A stretch of 59,198 bases of DNA, counting the filler, from Sphacelaria rigidula (taxonomy: Eukaryota), in NCBI GenBank assembly GCA_964200075.2. It is 9 parts of 9 records of this genome, joined end to end, with 100 filler letters (N's around TTAATTAATTAA, not from the genome) between each part and the next. Parts side by side here need not be neighbours in the genome. Positions count along the whole stretch, not along the records: positions 32,946 to 39,434 come from CAXNAA020019781.1; positions 39,535 to 46,022 come from CAXNAA020019782.1; positions 46,123 to 52,610 come from CAXNAA020019783.1; 6 more parts are not named here. One strand, 5' to 3'. Below are positions 36,450 to 47,842 of the stretch, in pieces (the stretch's first letter is position 1; every line of letters begins with the position of its first letter). The position numbers and the translations under genes are program-made. The notes under the pieces are model-generated. The model was not told the origin of the DNA. It ran no database searches and worked only from the letters and a program-made list of their open reading frames with translations.

Positions 36450-39385
36450 CGCGGCCACGGTGAGCGATGACTTTTTCTAATCGGGCGCAAAATGTTCCTG
36501 ATATGTTCATGTTGGACGCAAATCCTTCCGTCTGAAACAGTTTTGTGTCTGCAATAACTCTCACTGAAACGTTTGAGGGACGTATTCCTCATCTCCCTAG
36601 TCTCGTTCATGACAAAGTTCGTGATGGTAACTAGTGCAGTTGAGTAATGTACCAAGCGCTGATTTCCTTGTGCTCAAGACGCTACACTTCATCCCTTTAG
36701 ACGAGTGAAGTTCTCGATATACGGAGTGGTTTGATTGGGCCTCCCTACCTCTCTTGCGAAGCCGCGCGGGTCGATGGGGTCGTCAAATCCCCAAAGGGGG
36801 TGGGCGTTGGACTCCAGCAACTTGGCGAAGTATACGGACAGTCTCTGAAGCCGGAAAAACATCCGGATGTGTTTCTGCCACCGGACCATCAGAATGAGGA
36901 AGCAAGCATCCGCATGTATTTCGGGAACACACAACAACGGAACGGAACGGGAACCAACAGCGGGATACGCTTCTGCGGCCGGAAACGAAGCAACAAAGGA
37001 GAGCGAATATTTTATCTAAACGCGAACACAGTGATGAGACTCCCTCTACACAGGAAAGTCACACAACCTGCACACTCGAATAAGGACACATCCACGGTGC
37101 CAGGTGAGCCAAAAAGCCTGTACCATCGGCTAAACGGTGAGCTCAGCTTAAGCTAGTTTTTCTACCTATGTCAGACGTCCGCTTATTCGTATTTTGTTCT
37201 GTTTTGTACACCGCACGTGAACTCTACACCTCGTGAAGGCGTTCAGATGCCATCATTCGGATATATCGGCGATACGATTCGATCAGACGCTGGCTGTGAA
37301 AGCGGATGGACAACGTTTTTACGATGGCACTCACGTGTAATGCACTATGGTCCGACGGAAACTGAAATGTCGAGGGTCTGTCCCCGTTAGCTAAAGGGGG
37401 GACAACATCAAGTGGCAACAAAAAAGGGGAGTAAACATGGTTGACGACTTTGTGCATCACATGGTCGTGGACTAGCGCCCACGCAAACAGTGTAATTGTC
37501 CCGGTGCAATCGCTTTGAGTCGGATGTTTGTGGAGTATTCAGCACTATGAATGTGCTCACTATTTGTGTTCGTTCCAATATGTTTCAGGGTGTACCGTGC
37601 TCGGGTATATTCGCCAAGGTTTGCCATGAACGTGGTATGTACGTGCCAGAGATATACAAAACCAACTGTGCGAGCATATCCGTTCGGTGTCCTCGTGAAG
37701 CCGAGCTCAAGGGATATCTGCGTGATGCATTGGAAAGCGGCAACCCACAGACGTGAAACAAGAATCATCGCGCGCGAGAAGATTACTTAGTTGTGTCTGT
37801 CGTCCTATGGGACTTGGGAAGTAGCCTACGAAGGCACCCAACGCCACTGCAAAGTCGTGTCAGCGTTACTCGGTTTTGGTGCGGCTTCTCCTGCATGATT
37901 TTCCCTATGCTCTGTATTTTGTTAAACTCCCGGTAACTTGTATGCCCTCGAAAATCGGACGTGTCTTGAAAAACAGATCTCGGCGATGCCGTGAATATAT
38001 CAATCGAACCAATCGAACGTGTCGGTGTATTCTTCACCCTATCCCCGCGCTCCCCCTCCACGAACTCGTCTCCTGAGAAAGAAATTGGATGCATGTGGAC
38101 ATATGCAAAATATGAACCTGAAAAACAGCTGCAACCTGCTAAATCATGCTCAGTATGCGTTGCTCCCCTCCCCTTCTTCGCCCACAGCAACTGCCAACAG
38201 CTTCAACGTATTGGTACGGATGTATACCTCTGTAAAGCCGACGCCTCTAGCCTTTCGCCAATCGGACGTCTTGATAATCTCATCCATATCAGTCCGTATG
38301 ACCTTGTACGTCTCCGAAGAGGCCACCGCGAGCTTCTCCCTCGTGCCTCGATCCACAGAATAGTTGCCTTGGATCTTCTCCTGTGGGATGGATAGGAGTT
38401 GGAATATCCGTCTGGGTGTTGAGCTGAACGATTTTTGAACGTTTGATCTCATGTTGTTGGTGTTTTTTGTCTCAACGTTGATTTATTGAAATATTTGAGC
38501 TTCGAGTCATGGCACGATAGGACGGGTTTACGACTGACTTATCTTTATGGCGTCCATTTTGTTTGTAGTATGAAATACAAAAAGGGGGTACACCCCCAAT
38601 CGAACTGTGGCCCAAAGTGGGTACACCACATGTGGGCTGAGAGGAGGTTAAGTTTGTCGTCGCAGGCCTCTCACACGGCACCCATAATTTGTGCGAGTAT
38701 ATACCCTCCTTTCATTCCGACAGCACTCATTGCACTCCATGTAGTACCTACCATCATGGTGCCACCATGCTCTCTCTGTCTGCTGTAGCCGCGCTAACAT
38801 GCGACCGGAATATGCACCAGCAAATACACGCAGATATAATACTGGCGAACGAAACAGTGTACGGCGGAAGTACATTTCATAATCCGCAAGGAGAACCGCT
38901 CGTGGGCAGCAGAAGAAGTGCTTGCGGTACGAGCACCCTCCGACTGCAGAGCTTGTCTGTATGCAGAAAGATGAGGGGTGAGCGAGTAAGGTAAAACTGA
39001 GCGCAGGCTCAAGCATGTAACTGGGGTGCCCGCAGTAGTGTCACCCTCTCGGATCCACGGCCAAATGGTTGTCCATTCGAACTTCGATCGTCACAGGCGC
39101 GTCATTACTTTTTGGTTATCACCCGCTCGGCTGTGCTTATACGTGAGGGCCGACGACCACAGCTACGACGCGTGACCAACGCACCCGCAAGTGGATGAAA
39201 AACGATACAAAAATAGACAAAATGGGGGTATAGTAGTCGAAGACAAGCGAAAGGATAGTTTCGCAGAATCAGTATTACTGAACAGGTGGGAAAATGACAT
39301 CTTGGGTTCATGTTAATCGTTCCTATCCGCATTTTCTGATTTTTTCTTTCGTCCTCTTTGTTTGTTTTCCTTCTCTGAATCGGTC

Positions 39386-39434
39386 GCCCCGGTGGCTCAG
39401 TTGGTAACCTCGTAACCTTCTGATGGTTGAGTTG
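39386..39434 (+). mobile_element. tRNA-derived SINE head, cut by the contig end
   Basis: GCCCCGGTGGCTCAGTTGGTAACCTCGTAACCTTCTGATGGTTGAGTTG differs by one base from the 13179-13243 copy. Confidence 0.75.
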
Positions 39435-39534
39435 NNNNNNNNNNNNNNNNNNNNNNNNNNNNNNNNNNNNNNNNNNNNTTAATTAATTAANNNNNNNNNN
39501 NNNNNNNNNNNNNNNNNNNNNNNNNNNNNNNNNN
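39435..39534. other. Artificial contig linker
   Basis: N44-TTAATTAATTAA-N44. Confidence 0.99.
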
Positions 39535-40881
39535 CGACACACGATTCGTTTCTTTTTCCCAACCGATGTTGCTGGAATTTGAGATGTGATCAATTTCTCT
39601 GTTTTTCAACGACAGGAAATATGCTGGAACGCTATATACTAGGTGCCGAACATATTCGCAGCAGTAGCCGATCACCCTGGTGGGTCCGTCCGGTGTAGTC
39701 GCAACAGGTGGCATTTTTGGTCACACATTGCCCAACAATGAGGAGAAACAATGTCGTGGCTACACAAAATTCGATGTCACGGTCGATAAGGGGAAGGGAC
39801 CGTTGAACCCATATCGCGAATAAAAATCAGGCTCTAATAGAAAAATGAGTAATTAAACTTTTCTCTCGTGTCACCCCTGCTGATGCGCCCACGTATAGCG
39901 CAAGGTGTACACCGGCGTGAAAGATAAAATAGAGGACAACACGCTCAGTAGTGCACAATGGTACGTCTTTATTGCAAACCCGCGGCCAATCGCAACTCTC
40001 CGGCCGAAACATGGGCGAAGATGAGCACGTGGGCTACTACTTACTAGTGAACACGTGACTAGACGAGGTAGTAAGATGGATACTATGCTTTCACAGTGCT
40101 CGCTGAAATCCCGCGACACTCAACAACGTTCTCGTGAGATTGAGAGAAGAGCGCTGATTGCGAGTGGCTTTGATGATTCGCTGTAACTTCGCCATTTCTT
40201 CATTCCGTGTGCGCCTTTCTTTGTGTCCATCACTGGCGTGTGCTTGCAGCTACACGTCGATATCCTGCTCAGGGATATCAAAAGCCTCAGTGGCAAGCTA
40301 CTACGGCAAGCATATTAGGCCTCGGGGAGGGGCATTTCGGAACTGAAACGATTCCGTCATTCATTGGCCGCTATTCACTCTCAGTCGTATCCTCTACTAT
40401 CAATCTCACGAAAACACTGTTACTTGCGCTTTTCACAAAAACGATTTACTTCTTATGCTACAAAGGTGAGAGTGTTCGAGGTTAAGCTGTCATTCTTGGT
40501 ACAATCTTAGCACATGCTGGAGAAGTTTTCATACGTGCGCACAACAAAAGGTGCAACGTGTGACTTCAAATCTAGTAGACATCGACAGAAGCATGACGAC
40601 GCGTCAATGCTAAACTTACACAGCACCCACGAAGAAAACGGGGAGCTGTGCGGGCGGAGACAGCGCCGGACATGTGATCGAGGGCGAGGCTCGTGGCATA
40701 TTCCATGCCGGAGGTCAGCTTCATGTGCTGCGGCTGATTTTTCATTTTGTTTTCATGTACGTACAATAACGACTCGATGAGAGCATTTTTCTGTTCAGTT
40801 GCGGTACAATTCCCGCCCCGTCTTGATTTGTCTCCGTGATCAGGCATCGTCGACAATGCTTGAACGACACATGTTACTTAC

Positions 40882-43800
40882 TCTCGCAGACTGCCAACAC
40901 GTGGCGGCAAGGCAACCCCCATCTGAGCGCATGTCCGCAGCCGCACTTCATCTTGACTGGCTGGCCCGTGGAACCCCACTCCAGTGTCCCCTGATTTTCC
41001 ATCCTGGGGTTCGTCTTCATGGCTACCGTGTACTTTCCTTCAGAAGACGTCTTCACCAACAGCCTGTATGCCACAACATGGAAAGGCAACGGTGTCGTCG
41101 AATGGCGAAAATGTAATTCGTGAAAGATGGTGACAAAGGTTCGGACAAGCGAGCGGCAACCACGTAGGATATACCTAAAAATCATCGACAATAGACCACG
41201 AGACCATCATGGACGACCGCGGCACGATCGTGGCCATCACAATTGAGCGCCGACAGCGACTACATATGTACTACGCTGAAGTGGTTTACAGTGTAATATG
41301 CAGTGGAGTCATTTGACTTACCTTTTAGACCATGAAAGCTCGCGATCTCGGACTTCTTCCAGCCAAGGTGTGAACACCTGACGGGTTCCCTTCTTGAGTT
41401 GTGCGGCCTCGTTCAACTTTTCCGCCACCATCTCCATCACGCCCTTGGTGAAGTCGAACACTGGCCGCTCCCGCAACTGGACATCGCGCACAGAGGAAGA
41501 AGTGCGAACGACAGTTGTAGTTTGAAATTCATCCTAGACGCAGGTCCTTCCGATGAAGAAGATTTGAGACCGTTGCAGCTGCCTGGAAAAGATAACAGGC
41601 GCACGAAGTCGTGGCTGTTCGCTGCTTACTGTGAAATACACGGTTTGCTCGTGACCTGCGCGGCAAAGGGCGTACCACCGAAATATCAATTGTGGCAAAC
41701 CGCTGGCGCTCATGTGGTCATTTCTCACGGCAACGAGGCCCCAATTTTACGCATTCCATAATACTTGTCGACAGCTGCAAAACAACAAGACGCGATGGAC
41801 GGACGGCGGGCGGTCACCACATCGACCCCACGCAGTATGCGCCTAGCGCGCAGACACGTTTACTCGGATTCTTACCGCGGCTCCAATCATGTTGTTGCAG
41901 CTCTCCACCACGTTTGTCGCTATCTGGTCCCACACACGATTGTCACGGCGTGTGTGGTACGCCCATAACGTGGGGTCAATTCTCATCCACTTCTCGTATG
42001 CCTGGGGTTTGTCGGCTTTCACCTTGTCCAGGAAATACGTGCTAGACGCCTCGGTCGGGGCTCTCGCTGCGTTGAATATGTGCCCGAAGTTAGTCTGGCA
42101 AGAACAGCATCACATGCATGCGGACGGGTATCGCGAGATGAACAATGCATCGCGACGGGCGACAACAGAGCATCATGTCGGCCACTATTGGAGTTGGTTT
42201 TAGGATGCGAGGTTAATGGTCTTATGACTATGGTATAATTAATTGATTGGTTGATTCTCTCAAGGCATGCATGATCATGAGTACCCCCCCCCCCCCTCCC
42301 CCTTCCGGACACACACACTCGCACATACCCGGCTCTACACGCCCGCCCCCTGCCCCAGCACCTATCCGTACATTAGCCCCACGACATGCGACCTGACGCC
42401 ACTCAATCGAACCGTATGATATCCTTGACGCACCGATCCCAGCGCTGGTGTTGTGTTGTTCACCAGATGCCGCACGCACCGCCCTTACTCAGCCAGCGGT
42501 ACCGCTGGTGGCACGCCGACCCCTTGTGGCCGTCCACGACGTACGTAGTGGATCGCTTATTCAACCACGCAGACATTTCAGGATTTCGCTTCGCATTGTG
42601 CATCATCTATCGATACACCTTTTGGTTTTCTTTGTGTGCCACCACCAGGCATACGATGACCACCTTATTTTCTGCGTCTTTCACGGTGAGCAGAGAGTAA
42701 ATCCCGTTCCATGTGCCCTTCAGGTGAGCGCAGTCCATGCAGAAAACCTGTCAATTTTCGCCCGGAGGAAGAGGAAGAACGGTGCGCTCACATAAACGTG
42801 AAAATGGTCCCCGATGGTGTTCGCAACCCCCCCTCGTATTCGATCACTGTTACGGTCAGTTAGTCATGGCACGTGGTACCCGCGTCAGTGCACCACTACA
42901 GGCACGGAACGTTACCGTGCGAATACCACGTATTGAGCACAAATTTGGGCAGAGTGTTGAAATCATACCCGAGTGATCGCCAGTGCGCACTTGTTGCTCA
43001 AAGTGCTTTCCCGATAATTCGGCCGAGAATTAGAGTTCGCATTTAACAAACTCTAACATTTGGTAGAGTATTTGAGGTCGTACCCAACATACACAAGAGC
43101 TGGGTGGTCTATTTTAGCTCGCATATATTCTGCCCAAGAATCGGATGGATACTTTTAGGTCGTGCCTTATCTATCCTGTTTTAGTACAGTGTTGATATCA
43201 TACCCACGTGATCCTCTATACAGAGATTTCGCTGAGAGTACTCAGTCAATATTCAGGTATAGTACGTGATGCGGTACCCAGTCCACGTGAGACTAGGGTA
43301 TAGTATTTGAGGCCATACGGCATGTACCCGAACCATATGTAGAAATCTTGGGTGCAGCAGATACCAGTGTCTTCATCCAAGTGTTGAGATTTACTTACCG
43401 TACCCGACCTGCACTAGGTATGCCTTGTATACGGTACAGAAGAACGCAGCCCCCGGCGGCGGGAGTTCCTGCGTATTGCGGGTCAAGGTCTGAAAGTCAC
43501 GCCTTCGATCTCTCGGGCGCTGGCGCATTATCTACTACACCGAAAAATACAGCTGAATCACCTCTTGAGGGCTTTCACCGCCACGTTCATCGACTGCCCA
43601 AGCATGATGAATAGGCGTTTGAAGCGTCCTTCGGAGTCCCACTGCGCGAGCCGGGTAGGTGCAGCAGACGACGGCGGGGGCGACATTTCAGGGCCTGGTG
43701 CACAACGACTACATTTTGGTTGGAGCGCATGACACGGGCGACTCCACTTGGTGTCACCGTGCTCGGATTATGTTCTAACGCGGACAGTTCGCGCAGACAT

Positions 43801-45453
43801 ATCGAGGACGGAGATATTTCATCATGGGCGTATGGGGACGCCGTCGGAAATGGGGCGGTGGGGGGAAACGCACGCGCGTCAACACGGTGCTTGCGGTACA
43901 GTATTGGATGTATTGCTCTACCCTTGGAAGCATCGTCGCGTTTCACGCTTGCGGGGATAAGATAAGATGCGCAGCTGAACGACAGTTATGGCTATGTATC
44001 CCGGTCACGAACGGGTCAGAAAATTGGTGTACTAACTGTGAATGAGTTCGCGTGGCCTGCGATGACCCGCAACAACCGCCAATGAGCGTCGCCGATATAA
44101 ACCCTTCCCCCCCCCCCCTCCCTCTTTCATTCGCAGTCAAGGAATAAAATAGGATTATTGAAAACATTTTTCTGTTCATTTTTTACCACTGTACCGAGGT
44201 GAACAGAACCTCGCTTGTACACAGTGCGGTGACTACCGTCGCCATTATCCAATGCATGGCCGCGGGTGCTCTCCCCCCCAAAACGGATACCTCTCACGCC
44301 CGATCAGAGTCAGGTTCTTCGAGGGTTGAGGTGTGGGCGGGAAGGGTGGTGCATGCGTATATCAAGTCGCGTGCAGTCCCTCTGTAGTCCCAGCCCGCTC
44401 AACTTATGTGTGAAAATTCAAAGGTGAACGTGTAACGTGCAAAGCCTTGAAATGTTTCCGCAGCTCATCTTCACGTCTCTACGGGTACCGTTGTACTGTT
44501 TTTGTTGTATGTTCCGACTGTCTGTACGACGCGCACAACGCTCGATGTTTAGCACATATGCAGCTCCGTCGCTACATAACTGTGGGTATGGTTTAATGTC
44601 GAACAACCGGAAAAAAAACAGGTTCGCGTCTCCCACCTCGAAGCCATCCGTCACGCGAAATACTTTGGACGATGAAAACTATTCCTATGCTCACTACTAT
44701 TAGCTGCATCGATTGTTCTACAAATCTGGGTCTACTTTGATCCTTGGTTTTTTGCCAGCTTGTGACCACGGAAGGCGTCCACATCAGATGCCCAGTACGA
44801 ATTCACCACGCACATATCGGAACGGTTTGGAATGTGAAGACAACAACAACAGCAACAACAACAAAGGCTGCGCATACTAACCTCGACATCAGTCACGGAA
44901 CCGCTGCAATCCTGAGCATTGAGTGACAGGTAGGACCCGAGCACAGCGAAACCTTCCCGACTGTCCGGGTTGATGCTGGCACCGCCGTGCACTTCATTCG
45001 ACTGGACGTCCGCCGACTAAAAGTGATCCCCGTTTGGGCCTTTATGATGTCCCCCAGTGCCCGCGCGCTCACGGTGCGGTTGTTAGCCACAATGGCTGTG
45101 CCCACATCTTCCACCATGGCCGCGCCCGGACCGCGTTTGCCTCTGGCGCCCGAGCAGTTCAGGCGTTCGTCATTCACGAACGTCACGTTCCACTCGTCAG
45201 TCTTGCTCCATTTGCATCCGTCAATACGGAACATACATCCCATCTCATTCTTGTCGTCGTCCACGACCTGACCCTGGCAGCGATAAACGGCCTGCCTGCT
45301 ACCGCCATTGCCTATTTTAACTGTTCTGCCCTCCGAAAGCAACATCTGAGTGACAGCCTTGGTCAGACTTGGTTTCGAGGCGTATATACCACCCCGCACC
45401 ACCTTCGCTGCCTTCAAACGCGGGGGCCCATCAACAGTCGCGGCACCAGACAT
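40882..45453 (-). mobile_element. Mutator-like (MULE/MuDR) transposase pseudogene with at least six spliced exons
   Basis: Exons: 45453-44882 (MuDR-type DNA-binding domain YRC...GCMFRI...WNV; EGFAVLGSYL), 43641-43562 (WDSEGRFKRLFIM), 42747-42464 (VFCMDCAHLKG...VVDGHKG...CVRHL), 42094-41876 (TNVVESCNN), 41476-41322 (LRERPVF...FTPW), 41063-40882 (SWIM CGCGHALRWGLPCRHVLAV); all GT-AG; a stop at 42607-42609 and frameshifts. Confidence 0.92.
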
Positions 45454-46022
45454 GAGGCTGAGGACACGTCCCGAGCTTCTTGCTCGTCGTTGGTGATTCT
45501 CACTCACGATCGAGGTGGATGATGGTTTTGAGTGCGTGTGCTAGTCTGTCGGGCGCATGCAGCTCTTTATCGCTCAACGGTATCAGTGTCTGTGCTGTCT
45601 CTATATTCACACATGCGTGACGGTTCGTATCCGTTCCTTGTACCAACCATGATTTATGTGATAACCGTTCCTGGTGACGGCACGCTGCTACCAGCCCCAG
45701 ATCACAACAGCACGGCTATACTTAACACTTCGCAAGCGCAAAAGACCAGCGCGTCGTGAGTTGTGAGTTGTGAGTCCAGTTCTTGTGTAGGTGCGGAGAG
45801 ACTCAGGAACTATTTCAGGGGAGAAAGGGGTGTGGTCGTTGTGGCGTTCGCGTGAACGGCAAATGAGCGGGAAAAGAGCCGAATGTGTGGGCGCCATGGT
45901 TGGAGTTGGCGCGTAGACTCCCTTGCGCGCGATGTGCCGCATCAGGTACAGTTTGGAGGACGATGGCCTAGCACAGGTACGTTCTCGGCCGATCGGTGGC
46001 CCAGATAAGGTACGATTGAAAA

Positions 46023-46122
46023 NNNNNNNNNNNNNNNNNNNNNNNNNNNNNNNNNNNNNNNNNNNNTTAATTAATTAANNNNNNNNNNNNNNNNNNNNNN
46101 NNNNNNNNNNNNNNNNNNNNNN
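46023..46122. other. Artificial contig linker
   Basis: N44-TTAATTAATTAA-N44. Confidence 0.99.
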
Positions 46123-46245
46123 TGGGCTCCGTGTAACTGGGTTGCAACGCTGGAAACAAAGCCTAGGGATTGATTCGTACGATTCGAATCATATACTCTA
46201 AAACCAAGTAATTTCCAGACGAATCATTGATTTGTCCGACCCTTG
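46123..46245 (+). mobile_element. Partial copy (right end) of the hAT MITE
   Basis: Ends AATTTCCAGACGAATCATTGATTTGTCCGACCCTTG, as in 47720-47842. Confidence 0.85.
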
Positions 46246-47038
46246 ATAGCTTGGGCCTAGTCATAGTAATGACCTTTGCGACTGGTCGGCCCACCGACTG
46301 GAAGGAACATTTGCGCGTTGAACTGTGTTTTCAAATCGACGACGTTGTTGCTGCTACGCAAGAAGAAATTTGAGACGGGAAGGCGAGGCGGACGTGAGCG
46401 ATGCTCATGTTTGTAGTCCTCCTGTCGCGAAGACTCACGAGGTAGGGTAGGTAGGCATACCCGTGACGGGCGTTGGTTTCGGACACAGTGGAATTAGGCG
46501 TGTCGTTCATCGTAAGGGATGTTATCCTATGTCATCGTATAAGCACCTCACGGAGAAAACAACCAGTGATCACACCGCATCACATCTTCGAAGTACACGG
46601 CGATGCACAGGTAGATGACTTTGTCGGAAGCTGCAAACTAAGCGGTGCTCAGTTCGTGTCTCAGTAGGCACGCACCCAATAATAGCACAGGGTGTCGTGC
46701 CCGGGACGCTGACGTGACCGTAGCGTTTCATCGAAGGAAGAGCCGCAGAAGCACTCCACACTGCATCCTTGCATAAGTTGATGGTTGTGAGTATACAGCA
46801 CGCGATGCTGCACGTACGTTGAATTTGCAGAGTATATTCAGTGCTCAAAACTCCGGAGGATCGGGAGTGTCGTTCAAACGAGTATTCCGGAGTATCCGGG
46901 GGTATCGACCGCCGCAAAAACTGAGTATTCTAGAGTCCCTTGGATATCCACCGCTGACAATACTGACTACCCCAGAGTACCTGGAGTCGCGTCACCTCGA
47001 ATAACCCGCATTCGGACTCTTATCTCATCATGTCTTTG

Positions 47039-47200
47039 AAGTGATGATGCAGCTCACTACAATACTTCAAAGTAGTGCAGCAACCCCCTCGGCACTGCAC
47101 CGTACTGTACTGCTGTAGAAAGTGATGGTGCAGCTCACTACAATACTTGAAAGCAACGCAGTAATGTACCCCCCTCCACACTGCACTGTGTGCTGTGCAG
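47039..47200 (+). repeat. ~81-bp tandem duplication
   Basis: AAGTGATG.TGCAGCTCACTACAATACTT.AAAG occurs twice. Confidence 0.85.
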
Positions 47201-47588
47201 TCCGTATGGTGCGCATGGTTTTTATCAGGTGACTGCTCTAGATTGCTTCTCGTTCAGCTTTTTGGTGCATGGGGTTTTGCGTGTTGGCGATAGCTGTTGT
47301 CACCCTTCTCTTCTGTCTCTCATGGCAGGGCTCTACAGCACTGTACAATATTCGTGATATGCATGGAGCAAGCTTAATGTACCCAAGATCTAAGGGTAGA
47401 GAGCACAGTGAGCAGTTGCGTGCTGTGAGCAACTGTGCTGTGCTGGGTTGTACTGTACTACTCTTATCCTGTTACTCTTGAAGGAAAACCTGATTTTCGG
47501 TGCGATGTTTTGGCGGTATGTAAATCACCCATGATATTCATCTCGTGCAACTACGCCCCACCCGTCCCCGAATCCAGCGGGAAGTATC

Positions 47589-47842
47589 CACGGTTAGGAC
47601 AAATCATCACGACTCAAAATCACCAAATTCATGATTTCTTCGGCCTGATTGTCCAGAAGGGAGAAAAAAGTTGATGGCTGGTCCAAGGGGTATCCCCGCA
47701 ACTTTTGCGGCATTCCACGTGTGTGGGCTGCGTGAACCTGGCTTGCAACGCTGAAAACAAAGCCTAATGATTGATCCGAGAGTCGACTCATCATACTAAA
47801 ACCAAGCAATTTCCAGACGAATCATTATTTGTCCGACCCTTG
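47589..47842. mobile_element. hAT-superfamily MITE (254 bp)
   Basis: Imperfect TIR CACGGTTAGGACAAAT / ATTTGTCCGACCCTTG; 8-bp TSD GAAGTATC / AAAGTATC (one mismatch); two further partial copies in the window. Confidence 0.85.

Noticed and set aside
37589..37756. HORMA/MAD2-like exon on the + strand (RGMYVPEIY...ELKGYL)
   Set aside because: The resemblance is short and lacks the YP motif and supporting exons; the opposite strand is equally protein-like and consistent with neighbouring minus-strand blocks
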